A DNA stretch of 64,000 nt. Origin: Synergistaceae bacterium (GTDB taxonomy: Bacteria; Synergistota; Synergistia; Synergistales; Aminobacteriaceae). The position numbers and the translations under genes are program-made. Below the pieces are notes generated by a model. That model saw only the letters and a list, made by a program, of their open reading frames with translations, did not search any database and was not told where the DNA came from. The stretch covers positions 28,404-92,403 of the forward strand of contig JAFSUD010000065.1 in the NCBI GenBank assembly GCA_017445405.1, written 5' to 3'. This document shows positions 32,271-41,940 of this stretch, one piece after another (the first letter of the stretch is position 1; each line of letters starts with the position of its first letter).

Positions 32271-33485
32271 ATGCCGACCAAGCAGATAACCAGCGTAGTA
32301 TGGAGCTGCGGAGCACTGCCCGCCGGTGTTAGCTTCAACACAGCGACGGGGACATTCAGCGGTACTCCAGAGGTTGAGGGCGAGTATATAGTGCCTGTAA
32401 CAGTAACGACCAACTACGGGACAGACATGAAGAATGTAACTCTGAGCGTAGCAGAGCCTGAGGTAGAGGAAGACGGAGAATACGGACCGGTGTACGCTAT
32501 AGGGACGAAAGCCAAAACATGGAGCGGGAATGCGGAGGCTGATGCTGACGGTTTCAGGAAGCTCAACATGCCTGACGCTTGCAGACTTGTGAAATTGTGT
32601 ACTGGTTTTGCGGCGAAAACAGACAGCCTCCAGTGGTACGTTTGCGGCACCACTATACATGGTTCTTCAAGCGCGCATCCTAAACCATATGGTGTTACTG
32701 GCCTTTCACCTTCTGTGCCTGTGCAATTTCCAGTTGAAGATGTTGTTGATATGTCATCAGGTTGGTATCGCGTTACAAGTTCAGTTTCCGGCTCTTACTA
32801 CTTTGCTTATCTCACTTCAGACCACGTATCTCATGTAGTTCTGCTAATGACCGCAAATTCTGCTATTACTAGTGTCGGTAATATAAAGAAATTGAGTAGC
32901 GGGTATGGTGCTGGTGTAATGACAATCGACAACACTGGAGCAACACGCTATGAGAATGCAACAGTGCGTGGGCAGCTAGCAGTGGGTGTATCACCTTCTC
33001 AGGTAAAAAAACTCTTAGCTACTGGTATGTACTCTAAACCTCGAATGCCTACATACATTACAACGTCCGGCTATCTTTATAAAGGGGCAGAACGCGTGGA
33101 TTTTGGCGGTGGGAAGATAAGAAACATTTGGGGATACCCGCATGGTGAAAAACAGCATCTGTTCGCTGTTACCGAAGATAATCAGCTCTATGCGATGGGA
33201 GAAAACACGTATCACAGTCTCGGACTTGATGGAACAGAAACAAGGACAGAGCTTGAATTAGTCGGAGAATGGGACGTTAAGACTATAGCTCAGGGAAGTA
33301 CAATGGACACGTTTTTGCTTACTAACGACGGTAAACTGTACCATTCAGGTGCGGCTATGTCAGTATACGACATATCGAAAATTGTTAGTACGCATGAGAG
33401 TTTTACACACATATACCCAGACAAAAGATTTATTGATATAGCAATGTATTCCAGCACTACATTAGTAGCTATACTGAAGGAGTGA
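32271..33485 (+). CDS. He_PIG-like domain + propeller-like C-terminal domain protein (404 aa)
   Basis: WSCGALPAGVSFNTATGTFSGTPEVEGEYIVPVTVTTNYG. The C-terminus has RCC1-like strings (NQLYAMGENTYHSLG, DGKLYHSGA). The C-terminal part has lower GC. Confidence 0.7.
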   Translation: MPTKQITSVVWSCGALPAGVSFNTATGTFSGTPEVEGEYIVPVTVTTNYGTDMKNVTLSVAEPEVEEDGEYGPVYAIGTKAKTWSGNAEADADGFRKLNMPDACRLVKLCTGFAAKTDSLQWYVCGTTIHGSSSAHPKPYGVTGLSPSVPVQFPVEDVVDMSSGWYRVTSSVSGSYYFAYLTSDHVSHVVLLMTANSAITSVGNIKKLSSGYGAGVMTIDNTGATRYENATVRGQLAVGVSPSQVKKLLATGMYSKPRMPTYITTSGYLYKGAERVDFGGGKIRNIWGYPHGEKQHLFAVTEDNQLYAMGENTYHSLGLDGTETRTELELVGEWDVKTIAQGSTMDTFLLTNDGKLYHSGAAMSVYDISKIVSTHESFTHIYPDKRFIDIAMYSSTTLVAILKE

Positions 33486-33489
33486 GACG

Positions 33490-33831
33490 ATGAGATACTT
33501 AGAATATGAGACAGCGACAGGACGGATAATCAGCGAGCTGACCAGCAGGGACAAACCCACCCCTTCCGAAGGGTTCTCTCTGCTTGAGATACCTGAAGAC
33601 GCAGATATAGACACCACGCTGTACGCGGTGAAGAACGGAGTACTGGTGAAGTGCTACGAAACAAACGAGGAGCGTCTGGAGCGAGAGAGGCTGAAGCGCG
33701 AGCATCTGGAGAAAGTGCGAATGAGGATGAAGGCGATGATGTACGAGGTGGGAATAGCACTCCTTGAAGAGGACGACAATGCAATAAAGCAACTCAGACA
33801 GGAATACCGAGAACTGAAGGCGTATCTGTGA
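33490..33831 (+). CDS. Tail-fibre assembly/chaperone-like protein (113 aa)
   Basis: MRYLEYETATGRIISEL... resembles the 31192 gene N-terminus. Tentative. Confidence 0.5.
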   Translation: MRYLEYETATGRIISELTSRDKPTPSEGFSLLEIPEDADIDTTLYAVKNGVLVKCYETNEERLERERLKREHLEKVRMRMKAMMYEVGIALLEEDDNAIKQLRQEYRELKAYL

Positions 33832-35906
33832 TGAGCTACCTAGATGAATTTCTCAAGAAATACCATGCACCAAGCGTTAATGACATCACAGTAGGCTTCT
33901 CTGGCATAGACCCATCACCGATAGTCAGCAGTAGTACGAGCCTCACTGAGGAGGAGATAACTCGGCTGATAGCTCTGTACCTCTCAAGGCTGAAGGTGCG
34001 GGTAGACAGCGGAAACGTTGTCCCTGATGCGGAAGAGCCCGAAGTGCCTGCGGATGTAGGGAGCGTCGTGCTCCCTGAAGAGATAGATATGACCTGCGAC
34101 GGCAAGTGCCGGAAGAATTGTTCATTCTACGACGGGCACTGGTTCAAGTGTTTTGACGAGCTCAAGACATGGCATGAAGCGAAGGCGGCCTGTGAAGCTC
34201 TGGGCGGGCATCTGGCGACATCAACCAGTGCGGAGAAGAACGAGTTTCTGGCTGACCTTGTGGGCAAAGCAGAAGCAACGCTGGGGGGCAACAGGCAGGT
34301 GTGGCTTGGAGCGACGGACGAAGAGCGGGAAGGTACGTGGAAGTGGGTAACCGGCGAAGACTGGAATTACACAAACTGGCGAACAGGACAGCCGGACAAT
34401 GCAGGCGGGAAGGAACATTATCTGCACTTCAACTGGGGCGAGAGAGGCAAATGGAATGATTATCTGCCCACTGTTAGGCTGGGTTATGTCTGCGAGTGTG
34501 ATGCAGTACTGCACGAAGCTCTGCCTGACCTTATGGGCGGCAACGCAAATGGACATTATCACCTGACACTGGATGAGCTCTCCAAGCTGTATATGCTGAT
34601 TAGGGAGCTGATACCTGCAGGGCGTGTAGTTATCCCGCCAAGCGGCACAGACGACCACGAGGAGCTGAACAGCCTTCTCGGAGGAGACAGCACAGGGCAC
34701 TATCATTTCAATGCTGACGAATGGCATAAGATTAAGACACTAATAACAACGACGTTCCCGCCGGGCAGTACTACGCCGGTGTTCCCGGGCAGTCCGACGA
34801 ATCCCAACATCCCTGACGTTCCTTTGCCAGATTACAGCGCGATGTTCGCTGGGAAAGCCCCACAGTGGGGTAAGAGCAGCATACCAGGCAGCTACAAGTC
34901 AGCGGCTGACGGGGGAAGGATGTACTCAGGGACAATAGCAATAACCTCCAGCCCCTATGTATTCCCTGCTCTTGTTATGCCGATGACGTATAAGAACAGT
35001 AGCACGAAGGTGAAGTTAATGTACACCACAGACCTCACCAGCTGGAAGTTGTTGCGAGACCTCACGATAAAGTCGCACGGTTCATCATTGGGAGAGCTAG
35101 TATACGGACATATCTCCCCGACATCAAAACTGAAAGCGAGATCTGAAGCCAAAGCGCACTTCATCTTCTACGCATCATATGCCGGAACAAGCAAAGCCGT
35201 GTATTACAAGAGTGCGGGCACGGGCAGCAGTATCCATAATCCAAGTACTAATGCTTCAGGATACTTAGCGGGCGACTATAGCCCTGATGGACGGAAATTT
35301 GTCCTCTCGAATGGCAACGGCAACATTGTTGTTGTCTCATACAAGAAAGATACTTCAACCGCTGTTATTCTTCAGGTAACGGACAAGGGCGCAACAATAG
35401 GAATGAGTGTAAACCCGGGATGCTTGAAGTACGGCAAGGGGATATATTGCGCGACCGGCCCGAACGGAACAGCGCAGAGTGCGGACGGAGCGAACTGGAC
35501 AGTGAACAACAATGCGCCCAAAGATATGATAGGTTTGGCGTACCGCGAGGACTGGACATACACTGACAGTAACGGGGCGAGCTTCACTGGAGCGTTTTTG
35601 GCGTGCAGTCGAGATACGAGAGTGTTCTACTACTCAGGGGACGGCAAGAACTGGACGCAGTGCAGTACGGTGAGGATACCGCTTGAGGGTGTGAGCGGAG
35701 TAGCCTATAGTCCCGAACGGCAGGAATATTGTGCAGTAGGGATGCCAGGCAATGTGGCTTGTATCAGCAAGGACTTGGTAACGTGGACACCGACATACGT
35801 ATCAGTGGCAGACATAACCGCATCTGATGTAGTGTGGGCATCATTTGCAGGCAAGTTTGTGCTGATGCCGAATAGTAGCAATGATTTCTACACATACCCC
35901 CAGTGA
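33831..35906 (+). CDS. Receptor-binding protein: adaptor motifs + C-type lectin domain (QPD) + BNR/Asp-box propeller
   Basis: ITVGFSGIDP. C-type lectin domain (CTLD) WHEAKAACEALGGHLATS...WLGATDEEREGTWKWVTGEDWNYTNWRTGQPDNAG...WNDY...YVCE (QPD at 34389-34397). Two GGDxxGHYH motifs. Asp-box strings SADGANWT and SGDGKNWT. Confidence 0.85.
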   Translation: MSYLDEFLKKYHAPSVNDITVGFSGIDPSPIVSSSTSLTEEEITRLIALYLSRLKVRVDSGNVVPDAEEPEVPADVGSVVLPEEIDMTCDGKCRKNCSFYDGHWFKCFDELKTWHEAKAACEALGGHLATSTSAEKNEFLADLVGKAEATLGGNRQVWLGATDEEREGTWKWVTGEDWNYTNWRTGQPDNAGGKEHYLHFNWGERGKWNDYLPTVRLGYVCECDAVLHEALPDLMGGNANGHYHLTLDELSKLYMLIRELIPAGRVVIPPSGTDDHEELNSLLGGDSTGHYHFNADEWHKIKTLITTTFPPGSTTPVFPGSPTNPNIPDVPLPDYSAMFAGKAPQWGKSSIPGSYKSAADGGRMYSGTIAITSSPYVFPALVMPMTYKNSSTKVKLMYTTDLTSWKLLRDLTIKSHGSSLGELVYGHISPTSKLKARSEAKAHFIFYASYAGTSKAVYYKSAGTGSSIHNPSTNASGYLAGDYSPDGRKFVLSNGNGNIVVVSYKKDTSTAVILQVTDKGATIGMSVNPGCLKYGKGIYCATGPNGTAQSADGANWTVNNNAPKDMIGLAYREDWTYTDSNGASFTGAFLACSRDTRVFYYSGDGKNWTQCSTVRIPLEGVSGVAYSPERQEYCAVGMPGNVACISKDLVTWTPTYVSVADITASDVVWASFAGKFVLMPNSSNDFYTYPQ

Positions 35907-35920
35907 GGACGTGATTTAGA

Positions 35921-36271
35921 ATGGCAAATGAATGCAAGACTGTCAAGATAAACCTGAAGACAGCCCCACACGAGAGGCTTGGCGGACTTCTCGGCGGGGA
36001 TGATGGAGGGCACTACCACCTCTCGGAGGAGGAGTACGGGCTAGTATCGGAGCTGGTTGAGGAACGTCGGCTAGAGAACGAAGCGGGCGGATGTTTTCAT
36101 AAACTCCAAGATGATGAACACGACAAGCTGTTAAAGCTGCTTGATATATTCTTCCCTGACGAAGAGGCAGATATAGCAGACACCTTCGCGACGCTGATGG
36201 ATGCGCGTATAGCGGCCTACATCAAGACGATAGACAGCGGAGAGATAACAGCTCCGAACGCAGGAGGCTAG
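35921..36271 (+). CDS. Short adaptor-motif protein (116 aa)
   Basis: PHERLGGLLGGDDGGHYHLSEEEY. Paralogue of the 37712 gene (shared GGCFHKL...LLDIFFPDE). Confidence 0.65.
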   Translation: MANECKTVKINLKTAPHERLGGLLGGDDGGHYHLSEEEYGLVSELVEERRLENEAGGCFHKLQDDEHDKLLKLLDIFFPDEEADIADTFATLMDARIAAYIKTIDSGEITAPNAGG

Positions 36272-36273
36272 CG

Positions 36274-37707
36274 ATGACATTCACAGATAACTTCGGAAAT
36301 GAGTATTTAGACACCTACATACCTGACAAGATAGTAGGCTTCATAGGGATAGACCCTGACATGAAGAACGGTGGCGGCGGCGGAAGCGACATAGATAACC
36401 ACGAAGAACTGTCCACGCTTCTTGGAGGTGATGTTTCTGGGCACTGGCATTTGACGTTTGAGGAGCTGGATAAGTTGAAGGCACTGCTGAGCTTAACCTT
36501 CCCGCCTGGCAGCACAACACCTGTTTTCCCAAGCGGGCCGGTTACTCCAAGCGAGCCAGATGACCCCACACCTGCTGATGACCCAGACCTTGAGACAGAC
36601 GCGGGATTGCCGCCAAACGAACCTCCAGCATGGGGAACAGCGAAGTTAAAGTCCGATAAGTACACAGCATACGAAGACGCAGGAGCTATGTATTACGGGC
36701 AGATAGTCCAGACCTCAAAGCCTTACTTCCCCGAAGCCCTTGTAGTCCCAATGATAAACAACGGGAGCACGAAGAACATAGATTGCGAATGGACAACAGA
36801 TTTAGCTACATGGAAAGCATTTGACAGCTCCATAGCGATAAAGACATACGGCAAGACATTAGCACAGTGCTTGTTCATAGACTGGAACATAGGGACATCG
36901 ATAAGCAATGACAGCTACCGCAAGATTGCCTGCATAACCTATCCGTCAACCTCAACATACGTACGGTGGAAGTACAAAGGCGGATGGGGAAATATGGGAC
37001 TGGCACAGGCGAAGTCATTAGTTGCTATGGCATACTCGTCATCTCTGGGCAGAGCAATATTCATTACGGACACAGGGACAGTATCAATAGTGGACAGAAA
37101 AACCAGCAAGTCAACAATGAGCTTCAAGAAGGTAACTACATCCTACAACTGCAGCATAGGCTCGGTAAATCATGGTTGCGCAATATGGCTTGACGCGTAT
37201 AACTGCTTCTGCGTAACAGGTGCAGACGGTGTAGCAACAAGCCAGCTTGGCGAGGTGTGGACTAAAAAAACTGGCGACGGAGTGAACATTCCGAAAGACT
37301 TGCGCGGCCTGACATACCGCTCAGACATCGTATATACCGACACGAACGACCAAGAATACACAGGGTGCGTATTCGGCTGGAGTGGAGACGATAAGACATT
37401 CTGGAAGTCGTACGACGGGCAGAACTGGATGCGGCACAACACGAAGCCCATTCCCCTCCAAGAGGTAAAGTCTGTAGCTTACAGTCCAGAGCATGGCATA
37501 TACTGTGCCGTAGGAATACCTAATACAGCAGAGGAAGGGATGTTCGCCTACCTCAGCAAGGACTTGACGGGCTGGAGGAAGTCGAAAGTTACGAGCGATA
37601 GCAATACGGCAGAGAGCGTAATCTGGATGCCGAGCACGAGTAAGTTTGTGCTCTTGCCGACAAGCGGAAGCAAACTATACACATTTAACCCTGCAGATTG
37701 GAGATAG
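36274..37707 (+). CDS. Receptor-binding protein: adaptor N-terminus + BNR/Asp-box propeller (477 aa)
   Basis: MTFTDNFGNEYLDTYIPDKIVGFIGIDPDMKNGGGGG, NHEELSTLLGGDVSGHWHLT, and a C-terminal propeller paralogous to the 33831 and 38647 genes (SYDGQNWM). Confidence 0.8.
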   Translation: MTFTDNFGNEYLDTYIPDKIVGFIGIDPDMKNGGGGGSDIDNHEELSTLLGGDVSGHWHLTFEELDKLKALLSLTFPPGSTTPVFPSGPVTPSEPDDPTPADDPDLETDAGLPPNEPPAWGTAKLKSDKYTAYEDAGAMYYGQIVQTSKPYFPEALVVPMINNGSTKNIDCEWTTDLATWKAFDSSIAIKTYGKTLAQCLFIDWNIGTSISNDSYRKIACITYPSTSTYVRWKYKGGWGNMGLAQAKSLVAMAYSSSLGRAIFITDTGTVSIVDRKTSKSTMSFKKVTTSYNCSIGSVNHGCAIWLDAYNCFCVTGADGVATSQLGEVWTKKTGDGVNIPKDLRGLTYRSDIVYTDTNDQEYTGCVFGWSGDDKTFWKSYDGQNWMRHNTKPIPLQEVKSVAYSPEHGIYCAVGIPNTAEEGMFAYLSKDLTGWRKSKVTSDSNTAESVIWMPSTSKFVLLPTSGSKLYTFNPADWR

Positions 37708-37711
37708 AGAG

Positions 37712-38167
37712 ATGGCAGAAGAATACAGTGCGGTAACGATAAACATAAAGACAGCTCCACATGAAGAGCTTGACGGGCTTCAGGGAGGAGACGACGACGG
37801 GCACTATCACCTGACAGAGGAAGAGTATTCGCTGATGTCGTCTGTGCTCGGTGAACGCCGTGAAGAAGATGAAAGCGGCGGATGTTTCCACAAGCTGGAG
37901 GACGAACAGTACGAGAAACTGCTTGAGCTGCTTGATGTGTTTTTCCCTGACGAAAATTCAATGGCAGAGGACACGCTGGCAGAGCTAATAGATGAGCGAG
38001 CGGGCACAGAAGACCATGAACAGCTCACCCATCTTTTGGGCGGGGAAGATACGGGACATTACCACGTAACAGCGGCTCAGTACCAGATACTCCAAAACTT
38101 AGATGAGTACATCGCAGAACGGGTAGCAGCTGTTCTTAGGGAAATGTCGGTTGATGTTCACCCATAA
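37712..38167 (+). CDS. Short double adaptor-motif protein (151 aa)
   Basis: Start moved to MAEEYSAV. PHEELDGLQGGDDDGHYHLT and DHEQLTHLLGGEDTGHYHVT. Confidence 0.65.
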   Translation: MAEEYSAVTINIKTAPHEELDGLQGGDDDGHYHLTEEEYSLMSSVLGERREEDESGGCFHKLEDEQYEKLLELLDVFFPDENSMAEDTLAELIDERAGTEDHEQLTHLLGGEDTGHYHVTAAQYQILQNLDEYIAERVAAVLREMSVDVHP

Positions 38168-38182
38168 GCAGGAGGCTAGGGC

Positions 38183-38647
38183 ATGAGCTTCAGAGACAGC
38201 TTCGGGAATGAGTACTTAGACACTTGTATTCCCGATAAGATAGTTGGCTTCACAGGAATAGACCCCAGTCTCATACCAAACATCGACACCGAAGATATTG
38301 TCGGTGGTGAAGATGAGCACCCAGTTGCATGGCATGACAGCCTTGAAGAAATCTTAGGCGGGGATGATGACGGATGCTACCATTTGACGCATGACGAGTA
38401 CGAAAAATTAGTACTGCTCCTGAATGAACGCTATGGAGAGAATGATGATGACGAGGGAGATGCACCAGAAGACAATAACCGAACTCTGACAGCAGAAGAG
38501 TATGCTATGCTATCAAGGCTGTTGAGTGAAGTTTACGGCGAAGAAGGCGACGACCCAGTCTTTCCCCTCAACTTGGCCGATGAAGAGCTAACGGAGCTGA
38601 TTGATAATAGGATAGCTGAGTATCTCAGCAGCACAGGAGTCCACTGA
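38183..38647 (+). CDS. Short adaptor-motif protein (154 aa)
   Basis: MSFRDSFGNEYLDTCIPDKIVGFTGIDPS and WHDSLEEILGGDDDGCYHLT. Acidic. Confidence 0.65.
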   Translation: MSFRDSFGNEYLDTCIPDKIVGFTGIDPSLIPNIDTEDIVGGEDEHPVAWHDSLEEILGGDDDGCYHLTHDEYEKLVLLLNERYGENDDDEGDAPEDNNRTLTAEEYAMLSRLLSEVYGEEGDDPVFPLNLADEELTELIDNRIAEYLSSTGVH

Positions 38648-41168
38648 TGCCGTATATAACTAGTGATTATCCTGAAATGATGAGCTACGAAGGCGGAGCG
38701 GCAATGCTCTGCAGCGGAATGGGGTTCGGCGAAAGATGCGCTTATTTGCCTGACAGCTCCAGCCGCATCAAGATAACCAACTCCACCGGCATGTTTAATC
38801 TGTCTCCGTCAAAAGCCTGCGAGTTTGAAGTCTTCATCAAGCCGACAGACCGTACAGCCCAATACACAGAGCAGGGTTACAGCTTCTACGACGGGCACAC
38901 GTTCAAATGCTTCACCACACTCATGACGTGGGCAGAGGCAAAGGCGGCCTGTGAGGAGATAGGCGGACATTTAGCCACAAGCACTAACTCGGCGAAGAAT
39001 GCCTTTCTGGCCAGCCTAACCAATGCTAATGCGTGGCTTGGAGCGACAGATGAAGAAAGCGAGGGTACGTGGAAATGGATTACGGGCGAAGATTGGAGCT
39101 ACACCAATTGGAACGTCGGCCAGCCTGACAATGCAGGACAGAATGAACACTACCTGAACATCAATTTCGGTTCGGCGGGAAAATGGAATGACTGGACACC
39201 AACTAAAACTCTGCACTTCATTTGCGAATGGGATTACGATTTCAGGGACAACAGCAGCATCATCAGGCTCGGAGATTTAGTGCTTGCTTTGACTGCCGAG
39301 AACCACCTCAAGCTGAGCTCTTCTACATGGAGCATAGAGAAAAACATACAGCAGGATTTAGCGGCTCAGGGGTATAAATTCTATGACGGGCACTCCTTCA
39401 AGTTCTTCAACGACAAAGTCTCGTGGACAACAGCAAAGGCAGCCTGCGAGGCTCTAGGGGGACATCTTGCTACCAGCACCAGCGCAGAGAAAAATTCGTT
39501 CTTAACCGCTATCACGACTGAGTACTCATGGCTCGGAGCAACAGACGAGGCACAGGAAGGCGTTTGGCAGTGGGTTACAGGCGAGGACTGGAACTATAAC
39601 AACTGGAACAGTAACGAGCCTAACAATAGCGGCGGTGCTGAGCACTATTTGCAGCTCAACTATGGAAGGGTAGGAGGCTGGAACGATTACTCCAACTATC
39701 AGCAACTCGGCTATATCTGTGAATGGGACGAAGATTTCAACAAGTGCTTAAAGCCTGAGCAGTGGTATCGCATCATTCTCAGAGTAAGTGATGAGTGTGT
39801 AACAGTAATTCTCGACGGTGTTGAAGTAATCAGGGAGAACATTACGGGTTCAGAGGAGATAAAGCCTGAGTGTCTAGAGTTAGGCGGGTTCAGCGGTTAC
39901 ATGGATGGTTTCTCGTATAGGAGGAGTAGCGATTCAGGAGGTTTTGAAGTGTATCATGAAGAGTTAATCGGCATATTGGGCGGTGATAATAACGGGCACT
40001 ATCACTTCACTAGCGAAGAATGGGCAAAAATGAGGAAGCTGATAGCAGCAGCTTATCCAGATGGAGCAGAAGACCCTGTAATAGGCGGAGGGAATGTTTC
40101 TAACCCAGACTTACCAGACGACACGATGATAGATTACGGTCCGGCTGGTATGTTGCCTAGTAGTCAGCCGCCTGCGTGGGGTATTGCCGCTCTGCCCAAG
40201 AAATACAGTCTGTGGGGTAACCCTAGCAAAATGTATTACGGGTGTATCGACAAGAAAGGGTATTTCACTAATGAAGTCCTTGTCGTCCCCATGAGGTACG
40301 GGAACTCCACCAAAAGTCAGGATCTCATGTTCACTAATGACTTGCAGACCTGGACTAGACATCGCTCGCTGAGGACAAGTACTTATGGGACGGGTTTCAC
40401 TGAATATGCCTATGCCTCGATGGATAATAAGTGCAGTCTCTATACCGTCGGCCTCCAGAGTAATAAAAAGCAGATATACTATCATTACACCTTCACAGCG
40501 AGCAAAGGAGGAGGTATCTCCAGTTTCGCAACGAAGATTGCGGGGTTTTCTGATACGCAGTCTTTCATCGCCTGTGCTCATTCGCCGGAGATTAACCTTA
40601 CTATCTTTGTTGCTGATAACGGCGCAGTGATTCGCAGAAGAGCAGGTTTATGGCAACGAAAAGAAGGCATACACATAGGTATGAATGTCAATCCCGGCTG
40701 TGCAGCTTGGGACAGCTACCACAAGATATTCTGTGTAACTGGAGCAAACGCCTCAGCAGTTAGTTCGAACGGAGTGGACTGGACTGTATCGGAAAATGCA
40801 CCTCAGCTTCTCTATGGGCTCGAGTACAGAGATGATTTGAAGGTATTTATAGCTTGGAGCTTGGAGGACAGACTTTTCTACGTCTCTGCGGACGGTATCA
40901 ACTGGACGAGGTACAGTCAGACAGCTATACCGCTTGCTAATGCCAGTGCAGTAGCTTATTGTCCTGACTTCGGGTGGTATTGTGCAATAGGCAGCAGAAG
41001 CCAGTACGCATACTTCAGCAAAAACCTCAAGACTGGACAGGCACGAAAGTCAGTAATGCAGACTTGAATATGTCCGACGTAATCTGGATGCCGAGCACCA
41101 AGAAATTCGTATTAACAACACAGGGCGGAGAAAGCCTTTATGTCTTTGACCCTGCAGATTGGCAGTGA
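38647..41168 (+). pseudogene. Receptor-binding protein with two C-type lectin domains (QPD, EPN), LamG-like domain and BNR propeller, frameshifted near the 3' end
   Basis: CTLD signatures around QPD (39121-39129) and EPN (39616-39624). Frame 1 stops at 41067, but the -1 frame from the A5 run (41020-41024) encodes the conserved paralogue C-terminus ...DWTGTKVSNADLNMSDVIWMPSTKKFVLTTQGGESLYVFDPADWQ*. Confidence 0.8.
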
Positions 41169-41178
41169 GGAGAATAAA

Positions 41179-41466
41179 ATGAGCTTTAGAGACAACTTCG
41201 GGAACGAGTATTTAGACACCTACATACCAGATAAGATAGTGGGTTTCATAGGCATAGACCCCGATATGAAGAACGGCGGAGGGGGCGGAAGCGGAACGGA
41301 TGACCACGAACAGCTGACGAACCTTCTCGGAGGAGATGCTACGGGACATTGGCACGTAAATGCAGAGCAGTATCACTGTCTCTTAGACATAATGAGCGGA
41401 AGGCTGAACAGCATAATAGATGCCCGGGTGGCGAAGTACATAACCGACAACAACATAGGCGGCTAA
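41179..41466 (+). CDS. Short adaptor-motif protein (95 aa)
   Basis: MSFRDNFGNEYLDTYIPDKIVGFIGIDPDMKNGGGGGSG and DHEQLTNLLGGDATGHWHV. The 5' DNA is closely similar to that of 36274. Confidence 0.65.
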   Translation: MSFRDNFGNEYLDTYIPDKIVGFIGIDPDMKNGGGGGSGTDDHEQLTNLLGGDATGHWHVNAEQYHCLLDIMSGRLNSIIDARVAKYITDNNIGG

Positions 41467-41532
41467 CGGGATTAACGGGCAGAGCCCAGAACAATCCATA
41501 GATAATCACAACTCACAGGAGGAACAAACAAC

Positions 41533-41859
41533 ATGGCAACATTCAATGAAGGCGTAATGTCAATCAGCGGCCCCATCCAGCATAAGAGAGGAACTAGCGC
41601 GGCTCTTGCTGCTTCGGGCTACGTACCTGCGGCGGGAGAAATTATCATCGCAACAGATACGGGCGAAATACGTTCAGGCGATGGAGTAAACACTTGGAGC
41701 AACCTCCCCAGCTATGATGGGACGGAAATCGCGAACAACCTCACGACAGCTACGGCCGGAAAGGCACTTGATGCTTCGCAGGGCAAGGCACTCAACGACA
41801 GGGTAGGAACTCTCGAGAACATCACAGGCATTGACTGCGGCGTAATCACAGCTGACTAA
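41533..41859 (+). CDS. Mtd-N-like N-terminal module only (108 aa)
   Basis: IQHKRGTSAALAASGYVPAAGEIIIATDTGEIRSGDGVNTWSNLP...GKALDASQGKALNDR...IDCG. Followed by a terminator. Confidence 0.7.
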   Translation: MATFNEGVMSISGPIQHKRGTSAALAASGYVPAAGEIIIATDTGEIRSGDGVNTWSNLPSYDGTEIANNLTTATAGKALDASQGKALNDRVGTLENITGIDCGVITAD

Positions 41860-41884
41860 CCAGAACATCGCAAGAACTTAACAG

Positions 41885-41925
41885 GGGAGCATTCAACCAG
41901 AGGAGTGCTCCCTTAATCTTTTATC
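41885..41925 (+). terminator. Hairpin + T-rich tail
   Basis: GGGAGCA (41885-41891) pairs with TGCTCCC (41906-41912), followed by TTAATCTTTT. Confidence 0.45.
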
Positions 41926-41940
41926 TGCAGGAGGATAAAC

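Noticed and set aside
33831-41168. Diversity-generating retroelement (DGR) acting on the lectin-fold receptor-binding proteins
   Set aside because: C-type lectin folds in phage fibres suggest a DGR. I found no reverse transcriptase ORF anywhere in the window. I also found no template/variable repeat pair differing only at adenines. The three CTLD copies differ at all base types, like ordinary paralogues.
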